Assembly: GCA_951406725.2 (NCBI GenBank) | Contig: OX597842.1 | Coordinates: 4,526,001 to 4,590,000, forward strand | Origin: Octopus vulgaris | Taxonomy: Eukaryota | Direction: 5' to 3' | DNA length: 64,000 nt | Part shown: positions 60,405 through 64,000 of the stretch, one piece after another | How the letters are laid out: every line of letters begins with the position of its first letter | Numbering within the stretch: the first letter of the stretch is position 1 | Program-made: the position numbers and the translations under genes | The notes under the pieces: model-generated | Databases searched by the model: none | The model's input: the letters and a program-made list of their open reading frames with translations, nothing else | What the model was told of the DNA's origin: nothing

Positions 60405-60913
60405 CCAAATGAGTGGCACAGATGCTTCAAAAGTGGAAGAGAGTCACTAGAAGACCTTCCATGAGTCACCCTGGAAATTAGGTATTGGGCATCAAAAATT
60501 TGTCCCTCAAGGAGGGTTCTACCACAATGTTTTGAAGCATTTGAGGGGGACATTTGGTGAAAGTGACCAGATATGTGGTGTGCAAAGAACTGGATTATTC
60601 ACTGAGCTCTCCTCACTCATAACATGGAATTGCTTCTGCACCTGCCCTATTCACTGGATTTAGCACCTGCATACTTTCAACTCCTCCTCAAGATGAAAAT
60701 GCTGGTAAAAGGTCACCACCATTGTCAAGATCCAGATCAAATCACAGAAGATCCTTGGCTTACTTACAGAGAATGTCTTTCAGGCAGGATTCCAAAAGTG
60801 GCAGGAATGCTGTGGCCATTGGTTATTTTGAAAGAGATGATGTTAAAACTTAGGTAAATGAGTTATTTTTTTATTAAACATAACTAGTCTGGGAACCTTT
60901 TGATACCACCTCG
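60405..60913 (+). pseudogene. Internally deleted mariner remnant
   Basis: EWHRCFKSGRESLED; LHLPYSLDLAPAYFQL; right TIR-like ...aaccttttgataccacctcg|TA. Confidence 0.8.
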
Positions 60914-61096
60914 TATATCTATACATATAGACATAATAATATATGTGTGTATATATATATATATATACTCTTTTACTTGTTTCAGTCATTGTCCTTTTTT
61001 GACTGATCTCATTGTTTGCCCATTTGGCATTTCAATTCTCTCGTTTCTTTCAGATCCTTCCTTATTTCATTTTTAACATATCACACTTTTCCATCC

Positions 61097-61134
<38 letters not shown>

Positions 61135-61272
61135 GTTAGTTAGTTAGTTAGTTAGTTAATTTACCTAAGTTTTAACATCATCTCTTTCAAAATAACCAAT
61201 GGCCACAGCATTCCTGCCACTTTTGGAATCCTGCCTGAAAGACATTCTCTGTAAGTAAGCCAAGGATCTTCT
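60746..61272. repeat. 114-bp inverted duplication: 60746-60859 versus 61159-61272
   Basis: agaagatccttgg...taggtaaat is the reverse complement of atttaccta...ccaaggatcttct, with no mismatch seen. Confidence 0.93.
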
Positions 61273-62605
61273 TGGGAATACTGGAAGCAGATGAAATAAA
61301 AATGAAGAAATGAAACAAATTACCATTAGGGTGTACACAAGGAGTGTCAGAAAATAATTGTAGTTAAAGCTGAATTCCAAAAATTTTATTGAAGCAATAA
61401 ATTCAAGAGCAATATCCTTAATAGATATGGTGTTGGAATTAAAGACTGGACCAGAAACGATATGAAGAAACTTGAGAGAAAAATTAGGAAGTTGTTGACA
61501 ATGTATGGATCCCACCATCCGAAAGCTGATATCAACTGGTTGTACTTGAAGAGAGACGAGGGTGGAAGAGAGTTAATAGCAGTAGAGGAATGTGTACAGA
61601 TGGAAAGAAAGAGTTTAGTAGAGTATTTACAGAGCAGCACAGAAAAAGTACTAAAGACAGTTAATGAAGACAGAAACCACCAAAGACAGGTGATGGAGCG
61701 CTTAATAAGGAGAAAAGGACAAGAACGAAATACAAAGAGAGCAGACAGATCAAAGAGAAACCTGTGAAGGGCCAATTTTGGAGAATCACTGAAGACGTAT
61801 GTGGAACAAAATCCTGGGCTTGATTAAAAAAGGGGTGATTAAAAAAGAAAAAAAAGAAACAGAGAGCCTAATTGTAGCAGCCCAAGATCAAGCAATAAAA
61901 ACAAACAACTTGAGAAAAAATATGAAGAGAATGTTTCAGTAAAATGTAGAGTCTGTGGAACTTGGAATGAGACAGTGGCACACATTGTGGAAGAATACCC
62001 CAAGTTGGCACAGGAAGAATATAAGAAATGGAGGCACGACCAGGTTGTAAATGTTTTACACTGGAAACTGTGCCACAAATGGGGATTTCAAGCTAGAAAC
62101 ATATGGTAGCCTCTTTGAGTTGAATGAGTACTGGAATTGAAGAAATGTAAGATTTTGGTGGGACTTTGCTATTGAAATGAAGAAGTTAGAAAATAATAGA
62201 CTAGACATAACAATTATAGGTAAAGAAAAGCAAAGTGGCTTAATTATCGACCCCTTGTGCCCATATGATTCCAGGATCATAAAGAAAGAGGAAGAAAAAC
62301 AAAGAAAATTTACAATCCCTTAAAGTTTGAAATAGGTAGAATTTTGAGCATGTGAACAGTAAAGGTTACACCTGTAGTAATTGGTGTGTTGGGAACAGTA
62401 AACCAAGATGTAGACAAATGGTTGAAGGAGATTGAAATAGAATGCCTGGTAAAGCTCTTACAGAAAGCTTCTCTCTTAGGGAGAGCAAGGATTGGTTATC
62501 AGAAGGGTTCTAAACACTTGAAAGACTGCTGAAAACTTGTGGATACCTAAGGTAGTAACATGCTAGCCACATAATTCCTACTAAAATTTCTACTAAAATA
62601 ATAAT
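61273..62605 (+). mobile_element. 5'-truncated, decayed R4/Dong-like non-LTR retrotransposon (CCHC finger plus RLE)
   Basis: WLYLKRDEGGREL; ESLIVAAQDQAI; CRVCGTWNETVAHIV; RHDQV..VLHW; WDFAI..RLDITII; VTPVVIGVLG; LQKASLLG. Confidence 0.88.
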
Positions 62606-62807
62606 TTCAGGTACAAAGCCTGAAATTTGTGGGGAGGAGCTTGTCAATTATATCGACCCCTGTGTGTAACTGGTACTTATTTCATCGATCCCAAAAGGAT
62701 GGAAAGCAAAGTCAACCCCTGCAGAATTTGAACTCAGAACATAATGATGGAGGAAATGCTGCTAAACATTTTGCCTGGTGTGCTAACGATTCTGCCAGCT
62801 CACCACC

Positions 62808-62875
<68 letters not shown>

Positions 62876-63353
62876 TACTATAATAATAATAATAATGATA
62901 AGAAGAAGAAGAAGAATGATGATTTCTTTTATTGGCCACAAGGGTGCAAGACAATTGTTTTATTGACCTTGGTGGATTTTGAACTCAGAATACAAAGACA
63001 GACAAGATACCGCTAAGTATTTTGCCTGGCACGTCAACCATTCTGCCAGAGGATGAGATACGACACACAATCAAGGGAAGACACTACAACATTAAATGAT
63101 ACAACAAAAGGATATATATAAATGTAAATCACAAAAATAAATAATTAATCCCCAAAAGCAAGGGTAATTTAGGGTAAACCCCACACAAAAAATCCCTGAT
63201 TGCTCTCCCGTCTCCTGGGCATAGGTACTGCCATCTTCCAGTTTCTTTCCTTCTACTTAGAAAAACATACTCCGAGTAAATCCATTCAACCTCTCCAGTC
63301 TTGATACTCTCATCTTCCATCAATAATGTGTTTCTGTTTATATCCTGTTTCAG

Positions 63354-63455
63354 GTGTGAGTCTAACTGTTCCCGAAGGTGCCATTTGTAAAGGAGATAGT
63401 GAAGAGGTGTTCCTGGCCGTATGTAGAGATGATAAAGACAGACCTAAATTAACAG
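63354..63455 (+). CDS. unc5: UNC5 exon: ZU5 domain continuation
   Basis: cctgtttcAG|GTGTGAGT...TTAACAG|GTGAGT, 102 nt. GVSLTVPEGAICKGDSEEVFLAVCRDDKDRPKLT matches the ZU5 GVSLxVPxGAI motif. Not in the ORF track. Confidence 0.92.
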
Positions 63456-64000
63456 GTGAGTTGCTGCTATGACAACTGTGTCACTAGGTGGTCCATTGGG
63501 TCTCAATGTCATGTAGAGATCTGATACATAAGGCAGAAGGGTGTGATTTGTGGGAGATTTGGCTGCTATTTCTACCAGGCCTAGCTGTCTCATCAGAGAT
63601 TTCCCTCATTGGCTCATACACACACACACATGCATTAGATAGTAGGTTGTGGTATGAGGAAGATTTGGCTGCTATTTCTGCCAAGTCTAGCTACTGTGTA
63701 GAGGTATCCTTCATTGGCTTATACATGTATACATACATATAACTGTAGAACGTGATTTTGAGGGAGACTTGGCTGCTATTTCTGCCAGGTCTAGCTACCA
63801 TATAGATTCATTGGGTGACCACTACATGATAGGTAGACCTGTTAGAAATAGCAGTCAAATCTCATATGACACTCACTTTCATCTTCAAAGAACATACTTT
63901 ATGGTCCCAGATTCCCTATTTGGAAAAAAAAGAAAACAATAACACGATACACATATACCACAACCACCAGATTTACACACCAGCATCATACCACTTCCAC

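Overview
AT-rich eukaryotic (animal) genomic DNA saturated with (TA)n/(CA)n/(AAT)n microsatellites and interspersed repeats. The SINE families and repeat style suggest an octopus/coleoid cephalopod; this is an inference. The window lies inside one large + strand gene encoding an UNC5-type netrin receptor. Five clear exons are present: TSP1 repeat, transmembrane, 57-nt juxtamembrane, QPDLT/ZU5-start and ZU5. There are also two candidate frame-preserving microexons (12 nt at 2630, 30 nt at 43633). All are phase 1-1 with GT-AG boundaries and total about 0.95 kb of 64 kb. The introns hold a 5'-truncated RTE LINE with an open RT frame, plus CR1/L2-like, R4/Dong-like, Hero/NeSL-like and Penelope remnants. 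They also hold three mariner remnants, a Chapaev-like remnant, a Helitron-like element, MITEs and two abundant tRNA-type SINE families. The most unusual signal is about a dozen minimal type I hammerhead-ribozyme-like motifs from several families. Several sit in long fold-back palindromes, one lies downstream of a Penelope GIY-YIG remnant, and one has a compensatory G3-C8 core. Nearly all ORFs in the supplied track are microsatellite translation artefacts. Coordinates were read by eye, and repeat boundaries are approximate.
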